DNA of 64,000 nucleotides from an uncultured Monoglobus sp. (GTDB taxonomy: Bacteria; Bacillota; Clostridia; Monoglobales; Monoglobaceae): assembly GCA_947630505.1 (NCBI GenBank), contig CANRHV010000006.1, forward strand, positions 2,589-66,588, read 5' to 3'. A program made the translations under genes and the position numbers. Numbering within the stretch: the first letter of the stretch is position 1; the number at the start of each line of letters is the position of its first letter. A model generated the notes under the pieces. That model saw nothing but the letters and a program-made list of their open reading frames with translations. It was not told the DNA's origin and made no database searches. Shown in pieces: positions 40,086 to 51,060 of the stretch.

Positions 40086-42476
40086 ATGCTTTGCTGCAGA
40101 TGCCATAAAAATCTTGCCGTTGTGTTTATATCGAGGCTGAGTCCCGACGGCTCGCAGAAAAACGAAGGCTATTGTCTGTCGTGCGCGAAAGAGCTCAATC
40201 TGGGACCGATCGACAACATCCTGAAAAAAATGGGCATTGACGCCGAGGAAATGGACAGACTTAACGGTGAAATGAAGTCGGTCATTGACGAGATGGGCGA
40301 TGATTTTGATATAGGAGAAAGCATAAACATGCTGCGTCAGGAGCTGGGCGGCGACGCGGATCTGATATCCGTCGAAACCGAGGACGATGAGATAAGCGGT
40401 GATGAGCCGATGGGCAAAAGCCGACAGCGCAACCCGTTTAATATGTCGGGAATCTTTAACAATTTTATGAATCCCGGCAGACAGCAAAATAACGGAAACG
40501 ACAAAAATAAAAACGGAGCGCCCCGCGCCACTCGGGAACGCGAGCGCAAAAAGAACCGCATGCTTGACACTTACGGCGTCAACCTTACGGCGCGCGCCGC
40601 AAAAGGTGAGATCGACGCGGTGATCGGCAGAAATTCCGAGATCGAGCGCACCGTACAGATACTTAACAGACGAACAAAAAATAACCCGTGCCTTATCGGC
40701 GAACCAGGCGTCGGCAAAACAGCGATCGCTGAGGGACTTGCCCTCAAGATCATAAACGGCGAGGTCCCGCACAAGCTGATGAATACAGAGATATATCTGC
40801 TCGATATGACTTCGGTTATCGCGGGCACTCAATTCCGCGGTCAGTTTGAGTCAAGGCTCAGGAACATAATCAATGAAGTAAAAAAAGCGGGAAATATTAT
40901 TCTGGTAATTGACGAGATACACACTATCGCTTCGGCGGGCGACGCTGAGGGCGGAATGAACGCGGGAAATATATTAAAGCCCGCTCTCGCCAAGGGAGAG
41001 ATACAAGTTATCGGAGCGACGACAATCGACGAGTACAGAAAGCATATCGAAAAGGACTCGGCGCTCGAGCGCAGGTTCCAGACCGTTATGGTAGACGAGC
41101 CCACTATCGAGGAGACGATCGAGATACTCAAAGGCATAAAAGGCTATTACGAGAACTATCACCGCGTGAAGATAACCGATGAAATAATCAGAACCGCCGC
41201 GGTTCTTTCGGAAAGATATATTCAGGACAGATTTTTGCCCGACAAGGCGATCGACGTTATCGACGAGGCCGCCTCGAAGGTTAACCTAAACAACCGAGAG
41301 CTTATCGAGCTTGAGCGTCTGAACGCCGAGCTTGCCGAAACGGTGCAAAAAAAGGATGCGGCAGCCGAGGCCGACAATTATCAGGAGGCGGCCGATCTTA
41401 AAGTTCACGAGCTGCAGCTCAAGTCAAAGATCGACACCGTGAGCAGGTCCGCGGTCAAATATATTGAGCCGGAGGACGTTGCCGCTGTAATTGAAAATTG
41501 GACAAAGATTCCCGTGAAGCATATATCGGAATACGAGTCCGAGCGGCTAACCGACCTTGAAAACAGACTTCACGCGGGCGTTATCGGTCAGGACGAGGCC
41601 GTTACAGGCGCGGCCAACGCTATACGCAGAAAAAGGGCGGGAATAAATCTCAAGCGCCGCCCGGTTTCGTTTATCTTTGTCGGCCCCACCGGAGTGGGCA
41701 AAACCGAGCTTGCCAAGCAGATAGCGCGGGAGGTTTTCGACGGTGAGGAATCGCTTATTCGGCTTGACATGTCGGAATACATGGAAAAGCACTCGGTGTC
41801 AAAAATAATCGGCTCGCCGCCCGGATATGTGGGATACGACGAGGCCGGTCAGTTGACAGAAAAAATCCGCCGCAGACCGTACAGCGTTATTCTGCTCGAT
41901 GAGATAGAGAAAGCGCACGAGGATGTTTTCAACATTCTTTTGCAGATACTTGACGACGGCAGGATCACCGATAGTCACAGCAAAGTCGTGAATTTTGAGA
42001 ACACAATAATAATCATGACCTCAAACGCGGGAAGCGACAGCAAATCCAACGTTGTCGGCTTTAACGAAGCCGAGGAAGCAACGCGCATAAAGATAGACCG
42101 CGCGCTCAAGCAACTTTTCAGACCCGAATTTTTGAACCGAGTTGACGACGTGATTATTTTCAGCGAGCTTAAAAAAGACGACCTTGTCGGGATCGTTGAC
42201 CTTATGCTCAATGATTTGAGAGACGGTCTCAAGGAAAAGGATATTTGTCTTGAGGTTTCGGACGAGGCCAAGGAGCTGGTCGTTGAAAAATCGTACGACA
42301 AGCGTTACGGCGCGCGTCCGATGCGGAGATACATTGAAAAGAATATCGAGGATAAGCTGGCGCGGCTTTTGATCGAAGGAACCATGACCCACGGAAAGAC
42401 GGCGTTCGTTGACGCCGCCGACGATGAGATTGCGGTCACGATACTTCCGAGTGTGGCCGCGGCCGAAACAAAATAA
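40086..42476 (+). CDS. clpC: Clp/Hsp100 ATPase with an N-terminal Cys zinc-finger (ClpE/ClpC-like)
   Basis: CCRCHK...YCLSCAKE; two AAA+ modules ([16 protein letters not shown]), UVR coiled coil (YQEAADLK), YGARPMRR. Confidence 0.85.
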   Translation: MLCCRCHKNLAVVFISRLSPDGSQKNEGYCLSCAKELNLGPIDNILKKMGIDAEEMDRLNGEMKSVIDEMGDDFDIGESINMLRQELGGDADLISVETEDDEISGDEPMGKSRQRNPFNMSGIFNNFMNPGRQQNNGNDKNKNGAPRATRERERKKNRMLDTYGVNLTARAAKGEIDAVIGRNSEIERTVQILNRRTKNNPCLIGEPGVGKTAIAEGLALKIINGEVPHKLMNTEIYLLDMTSVIAGTQFRGQFESRLRNIINEVKKAGNIILVIDEIHTIASAGDAEGGMNAGNILKPALAKGEIQVIGATTIDEYRKHIEKDSALERRFQTVMVDEPTIEETIEILKGIKGYYENYHRVKITDEIIRTAAVLSERYIQDRFLPDKAIDVIDEAASKVNLNNRELIELERLNAELAETVQKKDAAAEADNYQEAADLKVHELQLKSKIDTVSRSAVKYIEPEDVAAVIENWTKIPVKHISEYESERLTDLENRLHAGVIGQDEAVTGAANAIRRKRAGINLKRRPVSFIFVGPTGVGKTELAKQIAREVFDGEESLIRLDMSEYMEKHSVSKIIGSPPGYVGYDEAGQLTEKIRRRPYSVILLDEIEKAHEDVFNILLQILDDGRITDSHSKVVNFENTIIIMTSNAGSDSKSNVVGFNEAEEATRIKIDRALKQLFRPEFLNRVDDVIIFSELKKDDLVGIVDLMLNDLRDGLKEKDICLEVSDEAKELVVEKSYDKRYGARPMRRYIEKNIEDKLARLLIEGTMTHGKTAFVDAADDEIAVTILPSVAAAETK

Positions 42477-42494
42477 AATCGGAGCTGTACAATT

Positions 42495-45400
42495 ATGATA
42501 CTAAAAAGCATTGAGATGCAGGGATTTAAGTCCTTTGCGGATAAAATCTATCTTGATTTTAATTCCGGAATAACCGCCATAGTCGGTCCCAACGGCTCGG
42601 GAAAGAGCAATATTTCGGACGCGATACGCTGGGTAATGGGCGAGCAGAGCATAAAGTCTCTGCGCGGAAGCCGCATGGAAGACGTTATATTCGCGGGCAC
42701 GGAAAGCAGAAAGCCTCTGGGCTTTGCGGAGGTTACCCTGAATCTTGATAATGAGAGCGGTATTTTCGGCATAGACTTTCCCGAAATACGCGTTTCACGC
42801 CGTCTTTACAGAAGCGGCGAGAGCGAATACTACATAAATAAAACCTTATGCCGACTAAAAGACGTGCATGAGCTGTTTATGGACACAGGGCTCGGACGCG
42901 ACGGATATTCTATAATCGGTCAAGGACAGATCGACAATATCCTCAGCACAAAGTCCGAGGACAGAAGGCACATATTCGAGGAAGCTTCGGGAATATCAAA
43001 ATATAAATACAGAAAAATCGAGGCAGAAAGAAAGCTTGACCGCACCTCGGACAATATAACAAGAGTTGAGGATATACTGGGCGAGCTTAATACACAGCTT
43101 GAGCCTCTGCGCGTTCAATCAGAGAAGGCTAAAAAGTATCTGATTCTGCGCGATGAAATGAAAGATCTTGAGATCAATCTCTCTGTTATCAATATAGAAA
43201 AAAAGCGCGAGGAGCTGAAAAAGCTCAAAGAGAACATTGATATATACGAAATCCAGATCAATTCGATAAAAGGCGAGATCTCCGACAGCGACAGCAAGGT
43301 CGAGGCTCTGTATGAAAAAATGGCCGAACTTGATTCAGAATCAGAAAACAGCCGCCAAAAAGAGACCGAACTGCGCGATCTCGCTCACGAGATAAAAAAT
43401 AAAATCAGCCTTGCCGAAAACGAGATATCCCATTCCGAGAGCTCGATAGCTCGCCTCGGCGATGAAAACTCCGAGGCGGACAAGCGCGCCGTAAAGCTTG
43501 ACGAGCAGATACGCGAGCTAAACTCGACGCTTGAATCTCTTAACTCTCAGAGTGAGGCGGTAAAATCCGCCGCCGATGAGCTCACCGAAAAATCACGCAA
43601 ATCGGGACTTGACGTCACCGAGCAAAGCAAAGCGCTCGAGCGGCTGCGTGCCGAAGTTGTTGAAAAAACAGCCGATCTCGGCTCAATGAAAAGCCATATT
43701 TCCGGCCGCGAAATATTGATGGACAGCTTTAAGTCGCGAGCCGAGATCATACGAGCCGAGCTTGAAGGTAAAACGACCTCCATTGACGAGATGAATAAAA
43801 AATTATCCGAGCTTGAAGCCGAAATTGACGGCTCGAAAAAATATATTGATGAGCTTAAAGCCGAGACAAACAGGACCGATGAGATATACGGAGCGAAAAA
43901 CTCCGAAATGCAGAACCAGATAAACAAAAAGAATCAAAACAGCATCAGGCTCAGCGAGCTTAACTCCAACATAAAAATGCTGGAAAACATGGAGCGCGAT
44001 CTTGAGGGTTACAGCCGAGGCGTCAGAGGAGTTATGAACGCGTTTAAAAAAGGCCGTCTGCGTGCAAATATCCACGGACCGCTGTCGCAGCTCATCAAAA
44101 CCGACAAAAAATACATAACAGCGATTGAAACTGCTTTAGGCAGCGCCGCGCAAAATATTGTGACCGACGATCCTGACGACGCGAAACGCGCGATCAAGTA
44201 CTTAAAGGACAACAGAGCCGGCAGAGCGACTTTTCTTCCGATATCCGATATCCGCTCACGCGTCCTTGACACTTCTAAAGCCGAAAAGCTTGACGGATTT
44301 ATCGGAACAGCCTCCTCTCTTGTCGAATTCGACGATAAGTATTCAGAGATCGTTGAGAACATCCTGGGTCCGGTAGTCATAACCGATAACATAGACAACG
44401 CCGTTTCTATGGGTAGAAAGTGTTCACACAGGTTTAAAATCGTAACCCTGGGCGGCGACGTTGTTCAGCCGGGCGGCGCGATGACAGGCGGCAGCGCTCT
44501 GAAAACGATCGGCTCGCTGTCACGCGCAAATGAGATTAAGGAACTTAAAGAAAAAGTTAAGGAAACGGAAAAGACGATCGTTTCTTTGACAAAACTTATC
44601 AACCGCCTCTCGATCGAGGCGGCCGATATGCTTGAGGAAATTAAAAACAATAACGACCGTATTTCCGAAAAGAACGAGGAGCTTATAAAACTTGAATCTG
44701 AGCGCAGCCACCTTAGCGAGATAATAAATTCGACCGGCGCCGACAGAGAAAAAATGAGCGCGGAGCTTGAGGAGTTGACATCGCAAATCGACGAAATAAC
44801 CGACGAGATCGAGAAAACCACCCGCGAGGCCGACAGGCTTGAGACCGAAATATCCGAACTGAGCCGAGCGGTAGAAACGCGAGGTAAGGAATTTGACCGT
44901 TTGAGCGGCGAAAACGAAAAGCTCGGACGTGAACTTCTCGAGCTCACCATAAGGCGCAATTCGGTTATAAAGGACATAGAGCAGACCAACGACAAAATAC
45001 GCGCCGTCAACGATGAAAAATCACAGCTTATTTCTTCGACTTTGTCCCGACTTGACGAGATAAAAGCATTGGAAAAGCATATCAAAGACTCGGAAAACGA
45101 GATAAAACAGCTTGAGCTTAAAGCCGCCGAAAACGAGAACGCAGTAAAAACGCTTAAAGAATATCTGAATGAGCTTACCGAAAAACGGCGTGAAACCGAA
45201 GCCGAGGTTAAAACTCAGCAGGAATCAATGAGCGATGTGCGCGACAGTCTCTTGAAGCTTTCAAACCTTCACACAAAGGCTCAAACGGGCTATGAAAATA
45301 TGGACGCGGAGCTTGAGGGAATAATAGATCATCTTTGGGACGAGTATGAGCTGACATACAGCGACGCCAAAGAGGGACGCGACCTCAGCGATTTCGATCA

Positions 45401-46055
45401 CGCTGCGGCGTCGAAACGCATAGGCGAACTGCGCCGCAAGATCAGGAACTTGGGCAACATAAATATTGACGCCATTGAGGAATACAAAAACGTCAAGGAA
45501 AGATACGACTTTTTGACCGAGCAGATCGACGATCTGAATAAGTCAAAAAAAGAGCTCAACCGCGTTATCACTGAGATGACGGCGATAATGAAAACGCAGT
45601 TCGCCGAGCAGTTTGTTAAAATAAACGAGAGCTTCAACACGGTATTTTCTCAATTGTTCGGCGGCGGCCGCGCAAAGCTCAGTCTTTCGGACCCCGACAA
45701 CGTGCTTGAAAGCGGTATTGACATAGAGGCTCAGCCCCCGGGCAAAAAACTTCAGAGCCTCACGCTGCTTTCCGGCGGCGAAAAAGCGCTTTCGGCAATA
45801 GCGCTGCTGTTCGCGATACTCAATGTCAGGCCGACCCCGTTTTGTATTCTCGACGAGGTCGAGGCCGCGCTTGACGACGTTAACGTTTACCGCTTTGCCG
45901 GGTACTTGAAACGCTACAGCGAGAGCACGCAGTTTATCGTTGTGACCCACAAACGCGGTACCATGGAAGCCGCGAACGTGTTGTACGGCGTTACAATGCA
46001 GGAAAAAGGCGTATCTAAATTATTATCATTAAATATAGACGAGGTGAGTGAATAA
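42495..46055 (+). CDS. smc: Chromosome segregation protein SMC
   Basis: GPNGSGKSN, long coiled coils with hinge, LSGGE, LDEVEAALD. Confidence 0.97.
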   Translation: MILKSIEMQGFKSFADKIYLDFNSGITAIVGPNGSGKSNISDAIRWVMGEQSIKSLRGSRMEDVIFAGTESRKPLGFAEVTLNLDNESGIFGIDFPEIRVSRRLYRSGESEYYINKTLCRLKDVHELFMDTGLGRDGYSIIGQGQIDNILSTKSEDRRHIFEEASGISKYKYRKIEAERKLDRTSDNITRVEDILGELNTQLEPLRVQSEKAKKYLILRDEMKDLEINLSVINIEKKREELKKLKENIDIYEIQINSIKGEISDSDSKVEALYEKMAELDSESENSRQKETELRDLAHEIKNKISLAENEISHSESSIARLGDENSEADKRAVKLDEQIRELNSTLESLNSQSEAVKSAADELTEKSRKSGLDVTEQSKALERLRAEVVEKTADLGSMKSHISGREILMDSFKSRAEIIRAELEGKTTSIDEMNKKLSELEAEIDGSKKYIDELKAETNRTDEIYGAKNSEMQNQINKKNQNSIRLSELNSNIKMLENMERDLEGYSRGVRGVMNAFKKGRLRANIHGPLSQLIKTDKKYITAIETALGSAAQNIVTDDPDDAKRAIKYLKDNRAGRATFLPISDIRSRVLDTSKAEKLDGFIGTASSLVEFDDKYSEIVENILGPVVITDNIDNAVSMGRKCSHRFKIVTLGGDVVQPGGAMTGGSALKTIGSLSRANEIKELKEKVKETEKTIVSLTKLINRLSIEAADMLEEIKNNNDRISEKNEELIKLESERSHLSEIINSTGADREKMSAELEELTSQIDEITDEIEKTTREADRLETEISELSRAVETRGKEFDRLSGENEKLGRELLELTIRRNSVIKDIEQTNDKIRAVNDEKSQLISSTLSRLDEIKALEKHIKDSENEIKQLELKAAENENAVKTLKEYLNELTEKRRETEAEVKTQQESMSDVRDSLLKLSNLHTKAQTGYENMDAELEGIIDHLWDEYELTYSDAKEGRDLSDFDHAAASKRIGELRRKIRNLGNINIDAIEEYKNVKERYDFLTEQIDDLNKSKKELNRVITEMTAIMKTQFAEQFVKINESFNTVFSQLFGGGRAKLSLSDPDNVLESGIDIEAQPPGKKLQSLTLLSGGEKALSAIALLFAILNVRPTPFCILDEVEAALDDVNVYRFAGYLKRYSESTQFIVVTHKRGTMEAANVLYGVTMQEKGVSKLLSLNIDEVSE

Positions 46056-46981
46056 TGGGTTTATTCAGCAAATTAAAAAACAGTTTAAGCAAAACAAAAG
46101 AGTCGATCAACGAGAAATTCAACACGGTTATAAAAACGTTTAAAAAGATCGACGACGACCTGTTCGACGAGCTCGAGGAAGCGCTTATTACCGCCGATCT
46201 CGGCGTAAACACTTCAATGGACATAATAGAGAAGCTCCGCGAGGCCGCCGACGAGAAAAAACTCCGCGACAGCTATGAGCTTAAATCCGAGCTTAACCGC
46301 ATAATGACCGAGATACTTGAGGACGGCGATAATTCCGTTGAGCTTTACGGAACGCCCGCCGTTATTATGGTTATCGGCGTGAACGGAGTCGGCAAAACCA
46401 CGTCGATCGGAAAGCTCGCAAATCTCTATAAAAATCAGGGAAAATCGGTTCTGATAGCCGCGGCCGACACGTTCCGCGCCGCGGCTATCGAGCAGCTTGA
46501 AGTCTGGGCTGACAGAGCGGATGTTCAAATAATTAAGCAGCAAGAGGGCTCTGACCCGGCCGCAGTTATTTTTGACGCGGTGAACGCGGCGAAAGCGCGC
46601 GGCATTGACGTGCTGCTCTGCGACACCGCGGGCAGACTTCACAATAAAAAGAATCTTATGGCGGAGCTCAAAAAAATCTACAGAATACTTGATCGTGAGC
46701 TTCCCGACTCAAGCAAAGAAGTCCTGCTGGTGCTCGACGCGACAACCGGGCAGAACGCGGTCCAACAGGCGGAGCAATTCAAAGAGGCCGCCGATATTAC
46801 CGGCATTATCTTGACAAAGCTTGACGGAACAGCTAAAGGCGGCATCGTTCTCGCGATCAAAAACGACTATAATATTCCCGTAAAATATATCGGCGTCGGA
46901 GAAAAGATCGACGATCTTGAACCCTTTGACCCGAAGGAATTTGTCGACGCGATCATCAGCCCGGATGACGACGAGGTGTAA
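46055..46981 (+). CDS. ftsY: Signal recognition particle receptor FtsY
   Basis: GVNGVGKTT, DTFRAAA, DTAGR, TKLDGTAKGG. Confidence 0.97.
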   Translation: MGLFSKLKNSLSKTKESINEKFNTVIKTFKKIDDDLFDELEEALITADLGVNTSMDIIEKLREAADEKKLRDSYELKSELNRIMTEILEDGDNSVELYGTPAVIMVIGVNGVGKTTSIGKLANLYKNQGKSVLIAAADTFRAAAIEQLEVWADRADVQIIKQQEGSDPAAVIFDAVNAAKARGIDVLLCDTAGRLHNKKNLMAELKKIYRILDRELPDSSKEVLLVLDATTGQNAVQQAEQFKEAADITGIILTKLDGTAKGGIVLAIKNDYNIPVKYIGVGEKIDDLEPFDPKEFVDAIISPDDDEV

Positions 46982-47077
46982 CACCGCAAATTTAAACAAT
47001 TTGCACCTAAGTCAGCTTGATATTTTTGGTAAATTTAATCGAAATTTTTGTATTTTTAAAAATTAACCTTAAATAAC

Positions 47078-47106
47078 TTGCGATTTTGAAAAAAATATGT
47101 TATTAT
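47078..47106 (+). promoter_or_regulatory. SigA-type promoter of rplS
   Basis: TTGCGA-17 bp-TATTAT with TG extension. Confidence 0.6.
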
Positions 47107-47115
47107 TATGTAGTT

Positions 47116-47156
47116 AATATCGGGTAGTCCGCTGTCGTATTTGACATGAATATCTA
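47116..47156 (+). ncRNA. Putative rplS (L19) leader RNA
   Basis: In the ~75-nt 5' UTR: GTCCGCTG, hairpin TGTCG-tatt-TGACA, then TGAA; resembles Firmicute L19 leaders from recall. Confidence 0.35.
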
Positions 47157-47186
47157 AGAATGGTATAAACAGAAAGGATTTTTAAA

Positions 47187-47528
47187 ATGAACATTTTACA
47201 GCAAATCACACAGGAACAGATCAGAACAGACCTTCCCGAGCTTTTGATAGGCGACACGGCGCGCGTATATGTAAAAGTTAAAGAGGGAAACAGAGAAAGA
47301 GTACAGATGTTTGAAGGCACCGTGATCAAGAAGAATCACGGCGGCATTCAGGAGACATTTACTGTCAGACGTATCTCTTACGGCGTTGGCGTTGAGAGAA
47401 CATTCGCGGTTAACTCGCCCAAAATCGACCGTATCGAGGTTGTAAGACACGGACGAGTAAGACGCGCAAAGCTTTATTATCTGCGTGACAGAGCGGGTAA
47501 GGCTGCCAAGGTAAGAGAAAAGTTATAA
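47187..47528 (+). CDS. rplS: 50S ribosomal protein L19
   Basis: [33 protein letters not shown]. Confidence 0.98.
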   Translation: MNILQQITQEQIRTDLPELLIGDTARVYVKVKEGNRERVQMFEGTVIKKNHGGIQETFTVRRISYGVGVERTFAVNSPKIDRIEVVRHGRVRRAKLYYLRDRAGKAAKVREKL

Positions 47529-47535
47529 TATTTGC

Positions 47536-47580
47536 AAAATGCGGTGGTGGTTATTTTTAATCACCACTCTTTGGCATTTT
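47536..47580 (+). terminator. Hairpin after rplS
   Basis: GTGGTGGTTA / TAATCACCAC stem with outer AAAATGC / GCATTTT. Confidence 0.55.
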
Positions 47581-47603
47581 TCAAGGTATCAGGGGGAAAT
47601 ATT

Positions 47604-48998
47604 ATGGATTCAAATAACAGAAATTCCACCGGAGAAAACGGCTCGGAACTCAACAGAATTTTAGAAGATGCCGCGAACAAGGCGGCACGCTCTTCCTCAT
47701 CGAATGATCCGACACTGGAAAAAGCCAGGTCCGAAATAAACGCTCAGGCCGATTTGATGCTTCGTGAAATTGAGGAGCGCAGAGCGCGCCGTATGGCGCG
47801 GCAGCGCGAAATGGAGCAGCAGATCTTAGCTGAGGAAAACGCGAAGGCCAGAAGAATGGCGAGAGCCAAGGCGAGTGAATCGTCCGTGCTTTCAAGCGGC
47901 ACGCGTCCATCGGCAAAAACCGAGAGTTCAAAGCCCGCGCCGAGCGTTTCTTCGGCTGACAGTGTTTTCAGCAATAGCTCGCGGCCTGACGCGCGTCCTG
48001 CGCCTATGCCGACATCGCCCGAAAATCAAAGGAACGGAACTGCTCGCGAGTCATCTCGCGGCGGAAACACGCCTAAAAATTCCGCGCGGCCTGTTCATCC
48101 ATCCTCGTCAAGCGGTAAAACCTCCGGTACGCCGCAAGGCAGACCGGCAAAAAGGCAGACCGTCACCCCGGGTCAGACTCAGAAAATGCCTAAAATAACC
48201 GAGTCGGTTGCTCAGAATCCGTCATCGCGCGCAAGAACCGAAAGCCGCGCGGCGGACGGCTCTCAGTCAAATCGAGCCTCCGCTTCGCGTGTTGTCAAAA
48301 ATGACGCATCGCCGACACGCTCTCAAATGCCGCCGAATCATCAAAGCGGCAAAAAAACAAAAGCTAAAAAGAAGAATGGAGAAATTAACATGCTGAAAGA
48401 AATCAGAGATTGGGTTTTATGTCTTGTTATCGCGGTTGCTTTGGCTCTGGTTATCAGGAATTTTGTTTTTACGCTTGTAAAAGTTCAAGGCGCGTCAATG
48501 CAGCCCACGCTTCAAGAAAATGACAGACTTTATGTGAACCGCTTTTTTTACAAACCGGAAAAAGGCGACGTTATAATCTTTAAACCGGAAAGCGACCCCG
48601 ACAGACCGTATGTTAAGAGAGTTATCGCAACCGAGGGCGACACAGTTTATATTGACTTCGAAAACGGCGACGTATACGTTAACGGTCAGGTTATTGACGA
48701 GCCTTATATTAAAGATAAAACCACACGCACGGGCGCGTATATTATGGAATGTATAGCCAACGGCCAATACAGCAAAGACAATCCCATTGTTGTTGAAAAG
48801 GATAAAGTTTTCGTTATGGGAGACAACCGCAACAACAGCAGAGACAGCCGAGAGATCGGCCAGGTTCCCGAAAATGAGATCGTCGGCGGCGCCGTGTTCA
48901 GATTCTGGCCGGTCAGCAATTTCGGTTCGGTGGCTTATCCTATCGAAACCTCTTATCTGATCGAGGACGAAAAACATAACTTTACATTTGTATCTTAA
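47604..48998 (+). CDS. lepB: Signal peptidase I with a ~260-aa N-terminal extension (alternative start 48390)
   Basis: Catalytic Ser (GASMQPTL) and Lys (YVKRVIA), GDNRNNSRDSR; single TM segment after residue ~270. Confidence 0.9.
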   Translation: MDSNNRNSTGENGSELNRILEDAANKAARSSSSNDPTLEKARSEINAQADLMLREIEERRARRMARQREMEQQILAEENAKARRMARAKASESSVLSSGTRPSAKTESSKPAPSVSSADSVFSNSSRPDARPAPMPTSPENQRNGTARESSRGGNTPKNSARPVHPSSSSGKTSGTPQGRPAKRQTVTPGQTQKMPKITESVAQNPSSRARTESRAADGSQSNRASASRVVKNDASPTRSQMPPNHQSGKKTKAKKKNGEINMLKEIRDWVLCLVIAVALALVIRNFVFTLVKVQGASMQPTLQENDRLYVNRFFYKPEKGDVIIFKPESDPDRPYVKRVIATEGDTVYIDFENGDVYVNGQVIDEPYIKDKTTRTGAYIMECIANGQYSKDNPIVVEKDKVFVMGDNRNNSRDSREIGQVPENEIVGGAVFRFWPVSNFGSVAYPIETSYLIEDEKHNFTFVS

Positions 48999-49061
48999 AA
49001 AACAAGGGCTGTATCACCGACGAACAGTGTGATACAGCCTTATTATATAAAGGAGACATTT

Positions 49062-49949
49062 ATGGAAAATCAATATCAGCTTCAATGGTTCCCGGGACAT
49101 ATGTCAAAGACAAGACGCATGATCAAAGACAATTTGAAGCTTGTGGATGTGGTAATAGAACTGGTTGATGCCCGTCTTCCTCTATCATCGCGTAATCCCG
49201 AGACAGATAAGATCGTCGCGTCAAAGCCGCGCGTTATAGTTTTGAACAAAGCCGACATAGCTGACAGAGCTGCGACGGACAAGTGGCTGAATTATTTTAA
49301 CAATAACGGAAACGCGGCTATAGCCGCAGACAGCCGCTCGGGCAAAGGTCTCAGGAAAAATCTTGACGCCGCAATCGAGAACGTACTTAGCGAGAAATTC
49401 ATGCGCGACGAGCAGAGAGGAATCAAACGTCATGCGGTGAAGATGATGGTTATAGGTATCCCGAACGTGGGCAAATCCTCTTTTATTAACCGCTTATCCG
49501 GTAGGGCAGCCGCCAAAACGGGAGACCGTCCGGGAATAACTCAGACCAAGCAGTGGATAAAAATAGCCGGAAAATACGAGCTGCTGGACACGCCGGGTAT
49601 TTTATGGCCCAAGTTTGAAAGCGACGATGTGGCGAAAAAAATTGCCTTTACCGGCGGCATAAAAGACGAGATACTCGACATCGAGGATCTCGCGTACGAG
49701 CTTTTGGGTTATCTTAAAGAAAATTATTTACCTGCTCTTAAAAGAGTGTACAAGCTTGACGATGATTCCGGTTCGGTAAGCAAATATGAACTGCTGGAGC
49801 TAATCGGGCGAAAGCGCGGCTGCGTTATATCGGGCGGCGAGATCGACACATTCAGAGCAGCGAATATAGTTTTGAGCGACTTTCGCTCGGCGGCGCTCGG
49901 AAATATAACTCTCGAGCTCCCGCCGCGGATATACGAAAACAAGGAGTAG
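49062..49949 (+). CDS. rbgA: Ribosome biogenesis GTPase
   Basis: QWFPGHM, DARLPLSS, NKAD, GIPNVGKSS, DTPGILWP. Confidence 0.96.
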   Translation: MENQYQLQWFPGHMSKTRRMIKDNLKLVDVVIELVDARLPLSSRNPETDKIVASKPRVIVLNKADIADRAATDKWLNYFNNNGNAAIAADSRSGKGLRKNLDAAIENVLSEKFMRDEQRGIKRHAVKMMVIGIPNVGKSSFINRLSGRAAAKTGDRPGITQTKQWIKIAGKYELLDTPGILWPKFESDDVAKKIAFTGGIKDEILDIEDLAYELLGYLKENYLPALKRVYKLDDDSGSVSKYELLELIGRKRGCVISGGEIDTFRAANIVLSDFRSAALGNITLELPPRIYENKE

Positions 49950-49952
49950 ATC

Positions 49953-50570
49953 ATGGACACAATGCTTGAATACGAAACCGAACTGTATTATTCCGGTAAA
50001 AAACTCATATGCGGGATCGACGAGGCCGGCCGCGGTCCTCTTGCGGGACCAGTCTGCGCCGCGGCCGTTATTCTGCCAAAAGGTCTTATTATCAAGGGCA
50101 TCAATGATTCGAAAAAACTGTCTGAGAAAAAAAGAGCTCTTCTGTATGAAGAAATAACAGAAAAGGCGCTCGCTTGGTCGGCGGAGTTTGTCTTTCAGGA
50201 TGTGATAGATAAGATCAATATAAGGCAGGCGACCCACCTCGCAATGCAGAACGCGGTGAACTCGCTCGGACTTGCGCCCGATATACTGATAGTTGACGGA
50301 AACGACAGGATCGAATTTGACCAAATCGAAAGTCTTTACATAGTCAAAGGCGACGCCAAGTCTCAGACTATCGCGGCAGCGTCGATTATCGCCAAAGTGA
50401 CAAGAGACAGATATATGACCGCGCTTTCAGAAAAATATCCGCAATACGGATTTGAAAAACACAAGGGCTACGGCACAAAAGCGCACTGCGAGGCAATACG
50501 CGAGTTCGGCGTTTCGGATGTTCACAGAAAAACCTTTATGACGCCCAAAGTTTTAGGTATCGAAAAATGA
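49953..50570 (+). CDS. rnhB: Ribonuclease HII
   Basis: GIDEAGRGPLAGPV, DSKKLSEKKR, VKGDAKS, HKGYGT. Confidence 0.97.
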   Translation: MDTMLEYETELYYSGKKLICGIDEAGRGPLAGPVCAAAVILPKGLIIKGINDSKKLSEKKRALLYEEITEKALAWSAEFVFQDVIDKINIRQATHLAMQNAVNSLGLAPDILIVDGNDRIEFDQIESLYIVKGDAKSQTIAAASIIAKVTRDRYMTALSEKYPQYGFEKHKGYGTKAHCEAIREFGVSDVHRKTFMTPKVLGIEK

Positions 50571-50950
50571 GCAGATATAAAAAAAACATCGGCGATTTCG
50601 GCGAAAGTATCGCCGAGGGTATGCTGACATCAAAAGGATATCATATTCTGGAGCGAAAATACTGCACGAGACTCGGAGAAATTGATATAATAGCATTGAC
50701 ACCGAAAAAAGACGTTGTCGCGTTTATTGAGGTCAAAACCAGAAAAGACTCAAGCCACGGCACGGCGGCCGAAAGCGTGAATAAAACAAAATTGTCGCGT
50801 ATTGTCAGGGCCGCGCAGCAATACCTTTTGGACAATCCTTTGGACACCGACATACGATTTGACGTGATCGAGGTGTACACCGCAGGCGATATCCGCGTAA
50901 ATCATATAGAAAACGCGTTTCCCGATGTGAGCGAGTTTATTCATTTTTAA
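50567..50950 (+). CDS. yraN: YraN family (UPF0102) putative endonuclease
   Basis: GDFGE...GEIDII...FIEVKTR...RFDVI. Confidence 0.92.
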   Translation: MSRYKKNIGDFGESIAEGMLTSKGYHILERKYCTRLGEIDIIALTPKKDVVAFIEVKTRKDSSHGTAAESVNKTKLSRIVRAAQQYLLDNPLDTDIRFDVIEVYTAGDIRVNHIENAFPDVSEFIHF

Positions 50951-51000
50951 GGATCATGTAAAATCTCGGCTCATATTATAAAATTTTGTAGAATATAACC

Positions 51001-51029
51001 TTGCATTTTGCGGGGTATTGTATTAAAAT
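51001..51029 (+). promoter_or_regulatory. SigA-type promoter
   Basis: TTGCAT-17 bp-TAAAAT. Confidence 0.55.
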
Positions 51030-51060
51030 ATAAACTAAGTAATTTTTATGGAGGTTGAAT

